From NCBI GenBank assembly GCA_963751345.1, contig CAVVUS010000011.1, forward strand, positions 96,001 through 160,000: a stretch of DNA of 64,000 nucleotides, given 5' to 3'. The stretch is from an uncultured Chloroflexia bacterium. GTDB taxonomy: Bacteria; Chloroflexota; Anaerolineae; B4-G1; SLSP01. Under the pieces are notes generated by a model. That model ran no database searches. It worked only from the letters and a program-made list of their open reading frames with translations, and was not told the origin of the DNA. Position numbers and translations under genes: made by a program. Positions 62,225 to 64,000 of this stretch are shown here, in pieces. Positions within the stretch are counted from its first letter, which is position 1; every line of letters starts with the position of its first letter.

Positions 62225-64000
62225 GTGAAGATGACGTTCAGAACCATCGTGATCGGCGGGCTCATCGTCTTCTTTGCCGTGGTCACGGCGGTGGTCTTCG
62301 TACCCGGCATCATCTACCACCCGGAGCGCACGCTGAAGGCTGAGGACTACACAGACCTGGAGGCGAAGGGACGGGAGATCTTCTATTCGAACGGCTGCAA
62401 CTACTGCCACACGCAGTACGTGCGCGCAGAGGATACTGCTCTGGGTGACGTGTCCGAGGGCGGTGACTACTTCTTCGACAACCCGATGATCCTCGGCTCC
62501 GAGCGCACGGGGCCGGATCTGTCCAACATCGGGCGGAAGCGCAGCGTCATGTGGGAGATGGAGCACCACAAGAACCCTCGCGAGCTTTCCCCGCTCTCGA
62601 TCATGCCCAGCTTCGAGTTCCTCTCGGATGAGGAGATTATGGCGATGGACACCTACCTGTTCTCCCTGGGAGACCGCGTGGCCCAGGAGCGCATGATCCT
62701 CCCGCCGGTGACCTATGCCGGCGTGACGGATCCGTTCGAGATGCCCGTGGTTCAGATCGCCGGTTCCGACCAGCCGCAGGGATGGCCTACCTGGCAGGCA
62801 GCAAACCTGCAGGAGGGCAAGGAGATATTCGTCAAGTACTGCCTCACGTGTCACGGGTGCGCGGGCAACGGGCTGGGTAGCTATGGTGGCACGAAGGCCG
62901 TGACCCCGGCGGACTTCAAATCGGAGCCCTACCGCAGCATGCCGGCGGACCAGTGGTTCTGGCACGTCTCCGAGGGCGTGCCGGGCACGGTTATGCCGGT
63001 CTGGAAGGAGAGTCTCACCGAGGCACAGCGGTGGACCGTGATCCGCTACATTCGTGACATCTTTGCCCAGCCTGTGATGCACGACCCGGACGAGGGTGAT
63101 CCCGTCGGCGACTACGTGGGCGTCACCAACCCGGTGTCCCTGACAATCCAGGTGCTGGATGAGGGCAAGGCGATCTTCACTCGCGAATGCATGGTCTGCC
63201 ACGGCGATGCCGGGCGCGGGCAGTGGCCGTATCGTGCCGTCATCCAGCCGGGTCCTCCTGACTTCGGCGATGGGAGCTATGGCGACTACACCGACGCCGA
63301 CTACTTCTGGCGCATCAGCGAGGGCGTGCCCTGGAGTGCGATGCCTGCCTGGAAGCTCCACTACGGCGAAGAGGACCGGTGGAAGCTGGTTCACTACATC
63401 CGCACGACCTTCACCCAGACGGAGACACGCGCCGCCCTGCACCGCCTGAAGGCCAGGACTTCACCTATCCCGACTTCTACAAGCAGTCTGCACGGTTCCC
63501 GGATGACGTCTCCTTCGAGCGCGGTCGTACCTACTACCTCGAGCACTGTGCTCACTGTCACGGCTACGCCGGGGACGGCAACGGGCCGGATGGGCAGTAT
63601 CTCAACCCCACGCCGGCAGACTTCCGGGACATGGCTACGAAGCAGATGACGCCCGAATCTCAGGGCGAACACTTGGCCAAGGTGACCTTCGGCATCCAGG
63701 ATACGGCGATGCCCGTATGGGGAGAATGGCTCCCGGTCGAGCAGCGTTGGGACGTCATCAAGTTCCTGATGGACGCCTTCTCCACGGGTATGCCACAGAC
63801 CACGAGCGTGGCTGACGGGCAGATCTCGGCGGACTACCTGCTGGCAAGCAGCCAGACCTACCTGGATGAAGGACATACATCTCGGTGACCCACGGTGCTG
63901 AGGTCTACGCGACCTACTGTGCCACCTGCCACGGCGATACATGGGCAGGGCAACGGTCCGGGGACTGACGGGAGCGCCAGCGGTGGGCCGGCGCCCTTCC
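62225..64000 (+). CDS. ccoO: CcoO-like subunit II fused to multiple c-type cytochrome domains (partial, frameshifted)
   Basis: GCNYCHTQYVR, GSERTGPDL, SIMP; further CLTCH, CMVCH, CAHCH and CATCH motifs, the first three with distal MP motifs. Confidence 0.82.

Noticed and set aside
61820-63649. Apparent CcoN-CcoO fusion in the 609-aa ORF
   Set aside because: An alternative frame ends ...AQPAAAVR-TAG at 62210, followed by a GAGGTG RBS and GTG/ATG at 62225/62231. One indel near 62165 would explain the read-through, so the fusion is not supported without reads.

Overview
GC-rich bacterial DNA; gene content and style suggest Chloroflexota (Anaerolineae-like), which is an inference. Many genes, mostly beyond ~26 kb, are split by small indels, most likely long-read consensus errors. 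No rRNA, tRNA, CRISPR array or transposase was recognised. In order, the window holds: (i) carbohydrate-active genes (a partial DUF4874/DUF4832-like protein and a GH39-like lipoprotein with an F5/8-C domain) and a DHA2 MFS pump that recurs 23 kb later together with a decayed piece of the GH39 gene; (ii) a 13-kb block (10.4-23.7 kb) around a MalT-like STAND/LuxR activator, in which three operons share the same ~58-bp promoter/operator architecture and encode a serine hydrolase, two MDR reductases, a CPBP protease, two DUF4386 and two DUF6326 proteins, an unusual acyltransferase-3/ABC-ATPase fusion, an ABC-2 permease and a small ACT-like protein; this is the best candidate for an undescribed system; (iii) SDR, GGT, amidohydrolase and Gfo/Idh/MocA catabolic genes, ybaK, an aldo/keto reductase, an orphan family-5 solute-binding protein and a TspO-like gene with a perfect sigma70 promoter; (iv) GNAT, DUF3604, a GCVE-type glycyl radical enzyme without a local activase, and a URO-D/MtaA-like gene; (v) pyrC-pyrB-pyrF/E-pyrD-pyrK; (vi) a kinase with about 8 PAS domains, an OmpR-type regulator, tandem direct repeats and a cbb3-type oxidase whose CcoO is fused to several cytochrome c domains.
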